From positions 1-27,724 of IMG/VR virus record IMGVR_UViG_3300031672_000008: a stretch of DNA of 27,724 nt. One strand, 5' to 3'. The DNA comes from a virus (taxonomy: Duplodnaviria > Caudoviricetes). The first letter of the stretch is position 1. The number at the start of each line of letters is the position of its first letter. Under the pieces are notes generated by a model, which was not told where the DNA came from, did not search any database, and was given only the letters and a program-made list of their open reading frames with translations. The translations under genes and the position numbers were made by a program. Shown here piece after piece: positions 1 to 7,906 of this stretch.

Positions 1-1
1 C

Positions 2-250
2 GGGGCATATCTGGGGAGTTTCGGGTTTGCGACTGAACGGCAATGGCTTATTCCACGCGGTGCCAACTTTTCGGTTGAAAAGATTTTACCGGACAATCCG
101 GATGGGACGCACCGTGTCCGTCTGCTCTATCAAGGGTCTTCTTCTACTCCACTTCCAAAGATAAAAGGAACAAAGGCACACGCTACAAAAACGCCAAACC
201 GTGCCGCGCTCTATATCTGGACTCCCGATGATATCGTGTGGCATGCATAA
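2..250 (+). CDS. 3' end of a VIP2-like ADP-ribosyltransferase domain protein (starts upstream of the window)
   Basis: Frame 2 is open from base 2 to TAA 248-250: GAYLGSFGFATERQWLIPRGANFSVEKI...HRVRLLYQGSS. This aligns by eye with GAYIGSLAGQHEDEQEFLLPSNSAFRIDSL...VTHLTYLGSA in ORF 21658-24333. Not in the ORF track. Confidence 0.7.
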   Translation, partial: GAYLGSFGFATERQWLIPRGANFSVEKILPDNPDGTHRVRLLYQGSSSTPLPKIKGTKAHATKTPNRAALYIWTPDDIVWHA

Positions 251-270
251 TATACCGGAAGGATTATACG

Positions 271-420
271 GTGGTTTATCTGCTCGCGGGTGGTGCATTT
301 GTCTGGACATTGTTTATCCTTTTTCTTCTCTGGCTCTTCACACGCCGCCGCGCCAGGTTGCAGGGGAAAAAACCTGCAACCTGGCCGGTCGGTACGCCGT
401 GGTGGCGAAAGGATGCGTAA
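271..420 (+). CDS. Small single-TM membrane protein
   Basis: Hydrophobic stretch followed by RRRAR. GTG 271 follows AAGGA (track start is 238). Stop overlaps the next ATG (TAATG). Confidence 0.55.
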   Translation: MVYLLAGGAFVWTLFILFLLWLFTRRRARLQGKKPATWPVGTPWWRKDA

Positions 421-569
421 TGCAACTTATCGGGTATATTCTCTTCGGGTGTATCTGGGTGTTTATCCTGATTGTCGGGCTGTTTATGCTCTTCACAACA
501 AGAGAGGAATGGAGTAAAACGCGCATCGAACGGAGAAAAACGCAGCCGCTTAAAAACGAAGAGGCGTAA
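420..569 (+). CDS. Small single-TM membrane protein (MQLIGYILFG...)
   Basis: AAGGA RBS; ATG 420 coupled to the upstream stop; TM helix then basic tail. Confidence 0.6.
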   Translation: MQLIGYILFGCIWVFILIVGLFMLFTTREEWSKTRIERRKTQPLKNEEA

Positions 570-606
570 TCAGTTTTTTATCTGTATAATATATCAATAA
601 AAAACA

Positions 607-635
607 TTGACTTTTAACGAGAGAAATGATATACT
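607..635 (+). promoter_or_regulatory. Sigma70-type promoter
   Basis: TTGACT-17 nt-TATACT, with extended -10 TG and an upstream A tract. Confidence 0.8.
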
Positions 636-676
636 TATACTGTAGGAAGAAAGAAAAAAGAAAGCAAGAGGGAAGC

Positions 677-976
677 ATGCAGATACAGATTATCTATCCA
701 CGGACGCCGTTTACCGATGCAACGCAGGTGAGTGACAACCGATTCTCAGGTATGCCGGAAGAGTTGGTGTATGAGCCGATGGATCGGGAAGAGATTATTA
801 AGCAAGCGGTTTGGATATCGAAAGTGGTCTGGGGCGCGTCGGTCGTGGACGAAGATCAGGGAGTTCTTTGCTTGACGTATAGCGGATACATTCCGGCGTA
901 TATCAAACGAGTGCTTTCGCGGTTAGCAGTTCGTGGCGTCATTACCGTGTGGAACGAGCTGGCAGCAACACACTAA
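677..976 (+). CDS. Hypothetical protein (MQIQIIYPRT...)
   Basis: GAGGGA RBS before ATG 677; lies downstream of the 607-635 promoter. Confidence 0.7.
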   Translation: MQIQIIYPRTPFTDATQVSDNRFSGMPEELVYEPMDREEIIKQAVWISKVVWGASVVDEDQGVLCLTYSGYIPAYIKRVLSRLAVRGVITVWNELAATH

Positions 977-988
977 GCGTTTTTTAAT

Positions 989-1042
989 GTAGATACTATG
1001 TCAACGAAAAACCTTGACATAGTATCTACGGAGAGGTATACT
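989..1042 (+). promoter_or_regulatory. Sigma70-type promoter overlapped by a perfect 16-bp inverted repeat
   Basis: TTGACA (1014-1019)-17 nt-TATACT (1037-1042). GTAGATACTATGTCAA (989-1004) is the reverse complement of TTGACATAGTATCTAC (1014-1029). Confidence 0.8.
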
Positions 1043-1048
1043 GGAAGC

Positions 1049-1241
1049 ATGAAACAAACAGTGACGTACAAACTTATCTATCAGTGTGGATGCATCGGGG
1101 TGAAAAAAGGTGCGGTACGCGGTGTATTCGGAAAGCACGCAACATCCTGCGGAGCAGGAACTTCCAGTGTATCGAAAATGTGAGAAGTATTTACTGGCGC
1201 AGGAGCCAGTTGAAGAGAATAAAGAGAAATCAGGAGCATAA
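1049..1241 (+). pseudogene. Leaderless small gene apparently split by a frameshift at an A6 run
   Basis: ATG 1049 lies 6 nt after the -10. It reads MKQTVTYKLIYQCGCIGVKK; removing one A at 1103-1108 continues as VRYAVYSESTQHPAEQELPVYRKCEKY...SGA to TAA 1239-1241, just before ATG 1244. Confidence 0.45.
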
Positions 1242-1243
1242 AA

Positions 1244-1570
1244 ATGGAAAAAACATGGATGAATGCATTGCTCAATGAAAAACTCACCAGTGAAGGCGCG
1301 AAGCGGGTGCGGCACGAAATTATTGCGATGCAGCAAGGATACCGGCTTGATGCATCTGCTTATGATAGGGTTGCAGAGAATGCTGGGTCGTGTTACCAGT
1401 ATGCGGTGGATGAGGCACATCTCAGAGATTGGTTGGCTGGGTGGCAGAATCATGAGCGGAAATGGGCAAAAGCGTATTCGGAAGGATCGTGCATGCGCGA
1501 GCAATGTCTTGGACGCGCAACCATTTATGGGATGCTGCTTCGGCAACTTGATGAGGTGACAGCAGCATGA
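1244..1570 (+). CDS. Hypothetical protein
   Basis: AGGAG RBS; ATGA overlap with the next gene. Confidence 0.75.
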   Translation: MEKTWMNALLNEKLTSEGAKRVRHEIIAMQQGYRLDASAYDRVAENAGSCYQYAVDEAHLRDWLAGWQNHERKWAKAYSEGSCMREQCLGRATIYGMLLRQLDEVTAA

Positions 1571-2016
1571 GCGAACGCGAGCAGATACAACGTCGCATTT
1601 TGGAGATTGCAAGCGAGAATGGCGAATTGGCGACACGGCTGGTTCTTCAGTATATGCAGCATATGATTGATTTCGATGAAGAATTATCATACGGCGGCGC
1701 AGTTATTTATCTGCGCCTGCTAGGGAATGTCGCTCGCAGATTGCAGGAAGCACCATCTACCTGGGTATATCTTGACCGCTTTTCTGGGGCGCTGTTTGAT
1801 TATCACTATAGAGTCAATGTGGTGGACGGTGAACAATATCGTACACTTTACGAGCTTGCACGTTATCAGAACGGCATCTTCCGCAGATTCCTGCATGCGC
1901 TTGATGATTTTTATGGAGAGCAGTTTTCTGTCGTGAGTGCGCTGAACTTTTTGCAGCGGGTGCGAGATAGGGTAGGACTGCTTCAGCAAGAAATGAAGGA
2001 TAAACGGGATGAATAA
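1567..2016 (+). CDS. Hypothetical protein
   Basis: GAGGTG RBS; coupled to both neighbours. Confidence 0.75.
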   Translation: MSEREQIQRRILEIASENGELATRLVLQYMQHMIDFDEELSYGGAVIYLRLLGNVARRLQEAPSTWVYLDRFSGALFDYHYRVNVVDGEQYRTLYELARYQNGIFRRFLHALDDFYGEQFSVVSALNFLQRVRDRVGLLQQEMKDKRDE

Positions 2017-2212
2017 ACTGGTATTCTGGTTGTCTTTGACGAGTGCGATTGCATTAGTGGTTCTGAGCGTTATAGGTGCGGTGGTATCTGGCGCGAATCT
2101 TGATGACAATGATCGCGAAACCGTTCCGTTCTGGCGCAACGTGCTGCTTGCGTCACTCGTGCTGTTTGTTGTTTCAGCATTGCTGTTTGGCATTGCCGGT
2201 GCGAGTTATTAA
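2009..2212 (+). CDS. Small two-TM membrane protein
   Basis: Two hydrophobic helices separated by an acidic loop. Confidence 0.7.
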   Translation: MNKLVFWLSLTSAIALVVLSVIGAVVSGANLDDNDRETVPFWRNVLLASLVLFVVSALLFGIAGASY

Positions 2213-2225
2213 AGAGGAACAATAG

Positions 2226-2498
2226 ATGAACGAGGAAATGGTAAATCAGCCGCATTTTGCGCACGATTGTACTGCGTGCGTGTTCCTTGGCGGTTACGTG
2301 TGGAACGAGGACTACTACGATTTGTACTGGTGTATGCAGTTGGGGAAGTTTCCTACAGTGATTGCTCGTTGGAGTGATAATGGTCAAGACTATCTTTCCG
2401 GTATTCCGAGTGAGGGTACTCAGCGTACTGCGCCCTGGTATGCACCCGTTGTTGCGTATGAGCGGGCGAAAATGCGTGGGTTGCAAGTGGAGGTATAA
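2226..2498 (+). CDS. Phage hypothetical protein with HDCxxC motif
   Basis: GAGGA RBS; HDCTACVFLG...DLYWC...TVIARW...DYLSG, a possible metal-binding small protein. Confidence 0.75.
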   Translation: MNEEMVNQPHFAHDCTACVFLGGYVWNEDYYDLYWCMQLGKFPTVIARWSDNGQDYLSGIPSEGTQRTAPWYAPVVAYERAKMRGLQVEV

Positions 2499-2499
2499 A

Positions 2500-2949
2500 T
2501 TGAAGATGCGCTATGATTTTTCCGGTGAAATTGAGACAACGGTTGCCTGGTGGGTAAAACAGCTTCGTGAGCAGCCCAAAGCGGATGCTGGGAGTGTGAC
2601 GATAGAATCATTTTATGCATTTTTTACAGCAGCGCACGAACGACCTTCGGAAGCAGCTATCGGGCGTTTTGAAGTGACGCTGTACAACTGGCTCGGCTAT
2701 CTTCTTAATGCGAAGAAGCCGTGCTATGAAGAGCCGTGGGGTGATCTGATGATTGCTTCCAGGAATGCATGGACGGCGCTGAGTACGGATTATACTCTAC
2801 AAGGCGATCTGAAATCCATCGCTGAGCACACGGGGATTCCGCTCTATTGTTTCCCTATCAAGTCTTACACGAGCATCTATCCGGGCGCGGTCATTGCACG
2901 CCTGGGGTATAGCGGCAAAGAAGAAGTGATTTATCGAAAAGGAGCATAG
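2500..2949 (+). CDS. Phage hypothetical protein
   Basis: GGAGGT RBS before TTG 2500 or ATG 2506; the track start at 2362 overlaps the previous gene. Confidence 0.7.
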   Translation: MKMRYDFSGEIETTVAWWVKQLREQPKADAGSVTIESFYAFFTAAHERPSEAAIGRFEVTLYNWLGYLLNAKKPCYEEPWGDLMIASRNAWTALSTDYTLQGDLKSIAEHTGIPLYCFPIKSYTSIYPGAVIARLGYSGKEEVIYRKGA

Positions 2950-2950
2950 C

Positions 2951-3277
2951 ATGAAATATGATATTCCGTGCTGGAATAATGGACCAGATTATCATCCCCT
3001 TTCTGTGGATGAAATCGTTGAACTGCTCAAAATAGTGCAGCGGCTTAAATAGTCAGATGAGCATATTAGAGAAATCGCAAGTATTCATGTGCGTCTCTGC
3101 CAGGGTATTGCAGGTATGGAGTCCCCACGTAAAATTAACGGTCCAGTGGGTGCTGCTGATGTAATAATTAGCCGTCTCTATATTGATTTTATCTATGGGC
3201 GTATGACCGCTCCGTTTGATACGATAGAACTGTTGGCGCAGAAACTTTTCCGCGTTATGCAGTTGGAGGAAAAGTAA
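2951..3277 (+). pseudogene. Hypothetical gene interrupted by an in-frame TAG
   Basis: AAGGAG RBS and ATG 2951, 33 codons, TAG 3050-3052, then the same frame stays open to TAA 3275-3277, which overlaps the next ATG. Confidence 0.65.
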
Positions 3278-3582
3278 TGGCACAGCTTATTTTGCGGCCC
3301 ACGCGCTGGTATACCGTTGAGGAATTGCGCGAACGAGTTGACACGGCGCTTGGTGATGACGATAGTTTCACCTGCTATGAGCTGTATGGCTTTTTTAAAA
3401 GGCGTCGTCAGCTTATCTATCGCATTGCAACGACTTTTCCAAGCGATGCGCTGTTCAGCATGCTCGCTTCTGAATTGGGAGACAGCATTCTATGGGCGAA
3501 ATTTTCTGCATACTCCCCGTTTGAAGAAAAACAAACAACATTCATCTGGAGCGTGAACAAAGAATACGGAAAGTTGAAATAG
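3277..3582 (+). CDS. Hypothetical protein
   Basis: GGAGG RBS; TAATG coupling; ends in the terminator. Confidence 0.75.
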   Translation: MAQLILRPTRWYTVEELRERVDTALGDDDSFTCYELYGFFKRRRQLIYRIATTFPSDALFSMLASELGDSILWAKFSAYSPFEEKQTTFIWSVNKEYGKLK

Positions 3583-3625
3583 CCCCGGATTATGCCTATG
3601 TAATATAATCCGGGGCTATTTCAAC
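3573..3625. terminator. Perfect 21-bp inverted repeat, probable bidirectional terminator
   Basis: GTTGAAATAGCCCCGGATTAT / ATAATCCGGGGCTATTTCAAC with an 11-nt loop, between convergent genes. Confidence 0.8.
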
Positions 3626-3636
3626 AGGGTGTTCGT

Positions 3637-4413
3637 TTAGTCAACATCAAGAATATCGCCGGAATTGCCGGTGTAAGCGTTGACCCACACGCCATCGGCA
3701 GTGCCTTTATCTTTAGGATGATTCGGGCCACCGTCAACGCCGACGTAGCGGAATCCCCACTGTGGCTCGGTAAAGGTATTCGCCCCGAAGTACTGGGTTA
3801 TCCAGTCAACGTAGCCTGGGCAGTTGCCGGAACTGTTGCACTGATAATCAATGGCGGTTCCACTGTTGACAGGACCGGAAGCGGGCCACTGTGTTGGATT
3901 CGAGAGGTACAGTTGACCGGTGATAAGAAACTGTGACGAGCCGGTAAACGCTCCGACTTCATCGCCAGTAAGCAACCCACCGTTTCCGTTGATGCCGCCA
4001 GGACTCTGTTGACCCTGGATTGCCACGAAGTGATCGGTGACGTAGTTGACGATGGCGCAATACTGGTCAGGTCCAGTATTCCAGACGCGAATGGTGCGGG
4101 CGATTTTGTCGAGTGCCCAGTAGTCTCCAGCCTGTCCGGAATCGGCGTCATTGACAACGTTTTCCGACACAGAGATAAGTAAATTTCCTTTGACTGCTCC
4201 CTGTGCAGTGCAATTAAAGGAAAAAACGCTATTCGGGCTGACGCCTGATTTCGTCACGCCGTGTTGGTGTTCCAGCGTGAAAAGAGAAGTGCTGACCGTT
4301 CTTTGTGCAGCATGGGTAGCGAGTGTTCGTGGGAAGAAGGTAAAACAGATCGCTGCAATCGCAATGAAAAGTGCGATGCTTACCGTCCCCCAGGTGCGCA
4401 AACTTTTTGTCAT
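3637..4413 (-). CDS. Secreted protein with signal peptide (moron-like)
   Basis: Basic N-terminus, hydrophobic core and a THAA-type cleavage region; AAAGGA RBS; Gly/Asn/Trp-rich mature part with Cys residues. It is the only convincing minus-strand gene. Confidence 0.85.
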   Translation of the reverse strand: MTKSLRTWGTVSIALFIAIAAICFTFFPRTLATHAAQRTVSTSLFTLEHQHGVTKSGVSPNSVFSFNCTAQGAVKGNLLISVSENVVNDADSGQAGDYWALDKIARTIRVWNTGPDQYCAIVNYVTDHFVAIQGQQSPGGINGNGGLLTGDEVGAFTGSSQFLITGQLYLSNPTQWPASGPVNSGTAIDYQCNSSGNCPGYVDWITQYFGANTFTEPQWGFRYVGVDGGPNHPKDKGTADGVWVNAYTGNSGDILDVD

Positions 4414-4468
4414 GAAAATGTCCTTTCAAAACGTCTTAATAACCTCATTTTTTCATGAGATTGATGCA

Positions 4469-4477
4469 AGTATATCA
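4469..4477 (-). promoter_or_regulatory. Extended -10 promoter for the secreted-protein gene
   Basis: The minus strand reads TGATATACT about 55 nt upstream of ATG 4413. Confidence 0.55.
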
Positions 4478-4504
4478 CAGGACGCAAGAGCGTGTTGAGA
4501 ATAT

Positions 4505-4550
4505 CATATCATGGAAAAACCTTGACATTTAACGAAAAATGGTATATACT
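4505..4550 (+). promoter_or_regulatory. Sigma70-type promoter with conserved upstream block
   Basis: TTGACA (4522-4527)-17 nt-TATACT (4545-4550); 4505-4531 matches 12632-12658 at 26 of 27 nt. Confidence 0.85.
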
Positions 4551-4585
4551 TACTCTGTGATGAAAATTTTAACAGGGAGGAAAAT

Positions 4586-4915
4586 ATGAACGAAGAAATG
4601 GGAGATGCGCTCTGTCGGATACTGGCCTACGTGATGTCGGTGCATGATGAGTACGGGTTTATCCCGACGTGCCGTATGCTTGGCTATAGGTATCTGGTGA
4701 TGGCGGTGCGGTATGAAAAAAGCAATTTTTGGTTGGAAGTGGAGTCGCCGTCAAAGGACATTTCTGAGCGGTACATCTGGATGCCGATGAAACCAGAGCA
4801 TGCACCTGTGTACTTGAGATGGCTGATTGATGACCTCACCCAGAAGTTGGGTGAGGTACCGCAGGCATTTACCGATAAAGAGCAAATGGGGTCGTTCGCG
4901 CTGGAAGGGGAATAG
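4586..4915 (+). CDS. Hypothetical protein (C-terminus shared with 5345-5680)
   Basis: GGGAGG RBS; ends GEVPQAFTDKEQMGSFALEGE. Confidence 0.8.
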   Translation: MNEEMGDALCRILAYVMSVHDEYGFIPTCRMLGYRYLVMAVRYEKSNFWLEVESPSKDISERYIWMPMKPEHAPVYLRWLIDDLTQKLGEVPQAFTDKEQMGSFALEGE

Positions 4916-4918
4916 GGT

Positions 4919-5176
4919 ATGGCAACGCGGGTGGTTTGTGATGACTTTGGGACACTGGAACCTGTTTATGTCACGGCTTCAGAAGAGTGGTACGAAGCTC
5001 ACATTGTCTGCTCCCTTGATGCTGGTGGTGCAGTAGATGATTCGGTCGTGTTAAAAGTACTTATTGGTCATGGGACGATTCGGCTCCTTTTATGGCAGCC
5101 AGAAGATACTGGCGATCCGGTAGAACTCATGCTGGTAGATGATATTGCCGCGTGGAAAGCGCGGCACGAGGAGTAA
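4919..5176 (+). CDS. Hypothetical acidic protein
   Basis: AAGGGG RBS; fits the operon. Confidence 0.7.
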   Translation: MATRVVCDDFGTLEPVYVTASEEWYEAHIVCSLDAGGAVDDSVVLKVLIGHGTIRLLLWQPEDTGDPVELMLVDDIAAWKARHEE

Positions 5177-5180
5177 GGGC

Positions 5181-5348
5181 ATGCGATTTTTCTGGGTGTT
5201 TGTGTGGGGTTTGTTTCTTATCGGAGCCGTTTTCACGGTGATAAGCAATGTGTCGGGCGTCAGTTGGCTGTCAGTTTTTTTCGGATTATGCTTGCCGCTT
5301 CCGGTGGCGTGGTTTTTTCATCTTGGACGAGATGCTTATAGTAAATGA
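5181..5348 (+). CDS. Small two-TM membrane protein
   Basis: ATG 5181 after GAGGAGTAAGGG; MRFFWVFVWG... is hydrophobic. Confidence 0.65.
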   Translation: MRFFWVFVWGLFLIGAVFTVISNVSGVSWLSVFFGLCLPLPVAWFFHLGRDAYSK

Positions 5349-5680
5349 GGAAAATGATGAGTGGAAGAAGTGTGCGTGCTGCTCAGCACGCAATTATCCT
5401 GGATAATCTGGTCGCGTTATGTCGTGAGTATACTGCAACGCCGATGTTTATGGTGCTAGGTATTGCTTACGAGCTTGCCTATACGGTCGCGAACAACCAA
5501 ACACTCCAGTTGCATTGTGAGATACACGGGCGCGGTGAGCTTTCGTTTGAGTGTGACGTGTCGTATACGCGTGAGATTGTTTTCGGTATGTTTGCGCATC
5601 TTTCCAGAGCTAATGGTGGGACATTGCCGGACGAACTGAAAGACAAAGATGCATTCGGTGAGTTTGCCATTGAGGAGTGA
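5345..5680 (+). CDS. Hypothetical protein (C-terminus shared with 4586-4915)
   Basis: Ends GTLPDELKDKDAFGEFAIEE; coupled to both neighbours. Confidence 0.75.
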   Translation: MRKMMSGRSVRAAQHAIILDNLVALCREYTATPMFMVLGIAYELAYTVANNQTLQLHCEIHGRGELSFECDVSYTREIVFGMFAHLSRANGGTLPDELKDKDAFGEFAIEE

Positions 5681-5964
5681 ACATGGATATGAAAACACGG
5701 CAAACGTTGGTTGATGCGTTCAACGAACAAATTGCTGAAAGCATTAAGCAGTTTATCGCTCCGGGCGTCGTGCTTTTCGGGAAATGGTACCGGGTACTCG
5801 GCGCCTATTGTACAGACGATAAAGAATTCCCGTTTTCGATAGAAATGGAAAACCCGGATATCTTTGGAAAAGAGGAACGGATAACCGTTCTCTGTAATGT
5901 GCTTGGGCTCGTTACTCAGCAATCGGATATGAAGCGCATAGTTCGGCGAGAGCATACACGGTGA
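5677..5964 (+). CDS. Hypothetical protein
   Basis: GTGA overlap; GAGGAG RBS (ATG 5683 is an alternative start). Confidence 0.7.
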   Translation: MNMDMKTRQTLVDAFNEQIAESIKQFIAPGVVLFGKWYRVLGAYCTDDKEFPFSIEMENPDIFGKEERITVLCNVLGLVTQQSDMKRIVRREHTR

Positions 5965-6203
5965 AAGACGCGGCATTAGCGGAGGCGTTGGACTGGTATA
6001 TTGCAAACGGCGCCCGCCTCCGGCAGATAGTCCACCACGAAACAGTCTATGATGTTTTTGCGTCGCTGTATATTCGTGGCATTATCTGGATTGTTGCAAC
6101 GCTGGAAGGTGATAAGAAACCTCTTTTGTTAAAAATAAAAAACCGGGATGCATACGAGTTGATGAATCAGTTTCACCAGGAGGATAAAGAAGATGGACTC
6201 TAG
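5961..6203 (+). CDS. Hypothetical protein
   Basis: GTGA overlap with the upstream stop. Confidence 0.65.
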   Translation: MKDAALAEALDWYIANGARLRQIVHHETVYDVFASLYIRGIIWIVATLEGDKKPLLLKIKNRDAYELMNQFHQEDKEDGL

Positions 6204-6450
6204 CAGCGTATGGGTGACGGAATGCGACACGTATTATCGTTTTAACGCGGACACGTGGCAGGAGCTGGCGGTGCTTGCAGAACGATTGGAGCAAAACGGC
6301 ATCAAGCATATCGTGCAAGGCGTTGGTCACAGTCGTGAGGACAACGAAATCCGTGCGTATAAGGATCAGGGAAATACGGTGCTTGCCTGGGACAAGGAAA
6401 ACTGGTTGCTCGGCATTGTTCAGGAGTATATGGAGGAAGAAGACGAATGA
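6193..6450 (+). CDS. Hypothetical acidic protein
   Basis: GGAGGA RBS; ATGA overlap downstream. Confidence 0.7.
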   Translation: MDSSSVWVTECDTYYRFNADTWQELAVLAERLEQNGIKHIVQGVGHSREDNEIRAYKDQGNTVLAWDKENWLLGIVQEYMEEEDE

Positions 6451-6860
6451 ACAGGGCTGTGCTAACTGTCGAATCTCTTCTTGCATGGGCGAGAACAAAA
6501 AAACCAACGGAAACGATTGGGGTGAGTTCTGATGAAGAATTGTGCCCAATCGCGAACTACTTGAACGCGGTCGTTCCGCTTGATTGGAAAGGACATTGGA
6601 CAGTTGGAAGCATAGAGGCGTATCCGGTTTTAGAAGGTGGTGGGTGGATTGAAGACGCTATGCGTCTTCCAGGTATTCTGCAAGATGTCGTTTTTACCGT
6701 TGATTCGGTAGATTTGCCAGAAGATATATCAGCAGGTGAGTTTATTCGGATCGTTTTGGGTGTGTGCCGTGTGCGCGAAGCATTCGATGCCGGACGTATC
6801 GCACATACTGATTATATGGATGCATTGGAAAGGGTGCGCAAACACGATGAAAAAGCTTGA
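6447..6860 (+). CDS. Hypothetical protein, paralog 1 of 3 (LxWA-K-P...CPxAxYLN family)
   Basis: LLAWARTKKPTETIG...CPIANYLN...WTVG...ISAGEFIRIV. Confidence 0.8.
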   Translation: MNRAVLTVESLLAWARTKKPTETIGVSSDEELCPIANYLNAVVPLDWKGHWTVGSIEAYPVLEGGGWIEDAMRLPGILQDVVFTVDSVDLPEDISAGEFIRIVLGVCRVREAFDAGRIAHTDYMDALERVRKHDEKA

Positions 6861-7158
6861 CGAGATTATTGATCTGAAAGACGTTTTGCACTGGGCGAAA
6901 AGCAAACGTCCGGAAGCATTTGTTGGAGATGCGGCTTCACGGTGGAGTTGCCCTCTGGCAAATTACCTGAACGAAACGCGCAGCGACGAAGGGCGTCACT
7001 GGTCGGTTGGGTATGGTTATGCGACCAGTAACAAGGGAAAGGAAGAAGAAGCGTATTATGAGCTGGATGATACGTACCGGAGTATTATTCGCAAGGTAGA
7101 CTGGTATGATCGTCCGGTAACGGCTGCGGAGCTTATCGCTATCCTGGAGGAATCATGA
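6847..7158 (+). CDS. Hypothetical protein, paralog 2 of 3
   Basis: ATG 6847; VLHWAKSKRPEAFVG...CPLANYLNET...WSVG...VTAAELIAILE. Confidence 0.8.
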   Translation: MKKLDEIIDLKDVLHWAKSKRPEAFVGDAASRWSCPLANYLNETRSDEGRHWSVGYGYATSNKGKEEEAYYELDDTYRSIIRKVDWYDRPVTAAELIAILEES

Positions 7159-7472
7159 AACTAACAAAGAAGAGCTTGCTTGCGTGGGCAAAGCAAAAGC
7201 ATCCTGATGAGTTTGTCGGGTATGCCAATGTGTATGACCAGTGTCCACTGGCGATGTATCTGAACGAAACCGCTCCGGTGTTGAATGAGCGCTGGCTCGT
7301 GTCGTTTGCCCGCATCACACGGGTGTTTGGCACACTGCTTATCAATCAGAAGGAGATATATGAAAAGCCCACATCTCCACTTATGCGTGCCATTGTACGC
7401 GAGGTTGATAAGAAACCCGCCTGGGATACCGTGACGGCAGCCGAGTTTATTGCTATTCTGGAAGACCTGTAA
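7155..7472 (+). CDS. Hypothetical protein, paralog 3 of 3
   Basis: LLAWAKQKHPDEFVG...CPLAMYLNET...WLVS...VTAAEFIAILE; GGAGG RBS. Confidence 0.8.
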   Translation: MKLTKKSLLAWAKQKHPDEFVGYANVYDQCPLAMYLNETAPVLNERWLVSFARITRVFGTLLINQKEIYEKPTSPLMRAIVREVDKKPAWDTVTAAEFIAILEDL

Positions 7473-7486
7473 CCTTCCTATTCTGT

Positions 7487-7529
7487 GCCGGTCGTGCTAT
7501 ACTGTAAAAGAAAGCCGACCGGCTTTTTT
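7487..7529 (+). promoter_or_regulatory. Terminator-like hairpin overlapping an extended -10 element
   Basis: GCCGGTCG (7487-7494) and CGACCGGC (7516-7523) flank TGCTATACT (7495-7503) and are followed by a T run. An alternative hairpin AAAGCC-GACC-GGCTTT is possible. Confidence 0.6.
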
Positions 7530-7597
7530 ATGCAAATTCCTCACGCAAATCCCCAATTGTATTCCGTAATACCGTGTACTCTCGAAAGGGAATAGTT

Positions 7598-7882
7598 ATG
7601 TCGCTTGTTCCGCTTGATAGCAGTCATATGACTGATTCAATTATCGCCGATACGACCTATCTCCGTTCGGTTGTATCCTGGGCTCAGGCGCGTTATGAAG
7701 CATATAGTTTGATGTGTACGGCACCAGCTATGACGGCTGCCGGTATTTCGTCTGCCGATCAGGTATTCGTGAACGCTTTTATCAGCGATCTGAGCCGTTT
7801 GATTGACCTGGCGACCGGTACCGTACCAGCAAACGCAGATGTCTGGCTTTATAATATTACACAGCTGCTTGGTTTGAGTTAA
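7598..7882 (+). CDS. Hypothetical protein, first gene of the structural island
   Basis: GAAAGGGA RBS before ATG 7598. Confidence 0.7.
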   Translation: MSLVPLDSSHMTDSIIADTTYLRSVVSWAQARYEAYSLMCTAPAMTAAGISSADQVFVNAFISDLSRLIDLATGTVPANADVWLYNITQLLGLS

Positions 7883-7906
7883 AAGCCCCACGTGTAGGAG
7901 AAATAT

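Noticed and set aside
976-1004. Divergent promoter from the mirrored TTGACA at 999-1004
   Set aside because: No -10-like hexamer at 17-nt spacing on the minus strand.
1101-1110. A-AAA-AAG as a programmed -1 frameshift site
   Set aside because: The join needs +1, and the frame from which a -1 slip would start has TGA immediately upstream.
1001-1690. Long minus-strand ORFs (also 13435-14151, 5479-6006, 1720-2193)
   Set aside because: Antisense to well-supported coupled + strand genes that have RBSs.
3050-3052. Genome-wide TAG reassignment (alternative genetic code)
   Set aside because: TAG ends several genes directly before an RBS/ATG or terminator, and the long genes are intact under the standard code.
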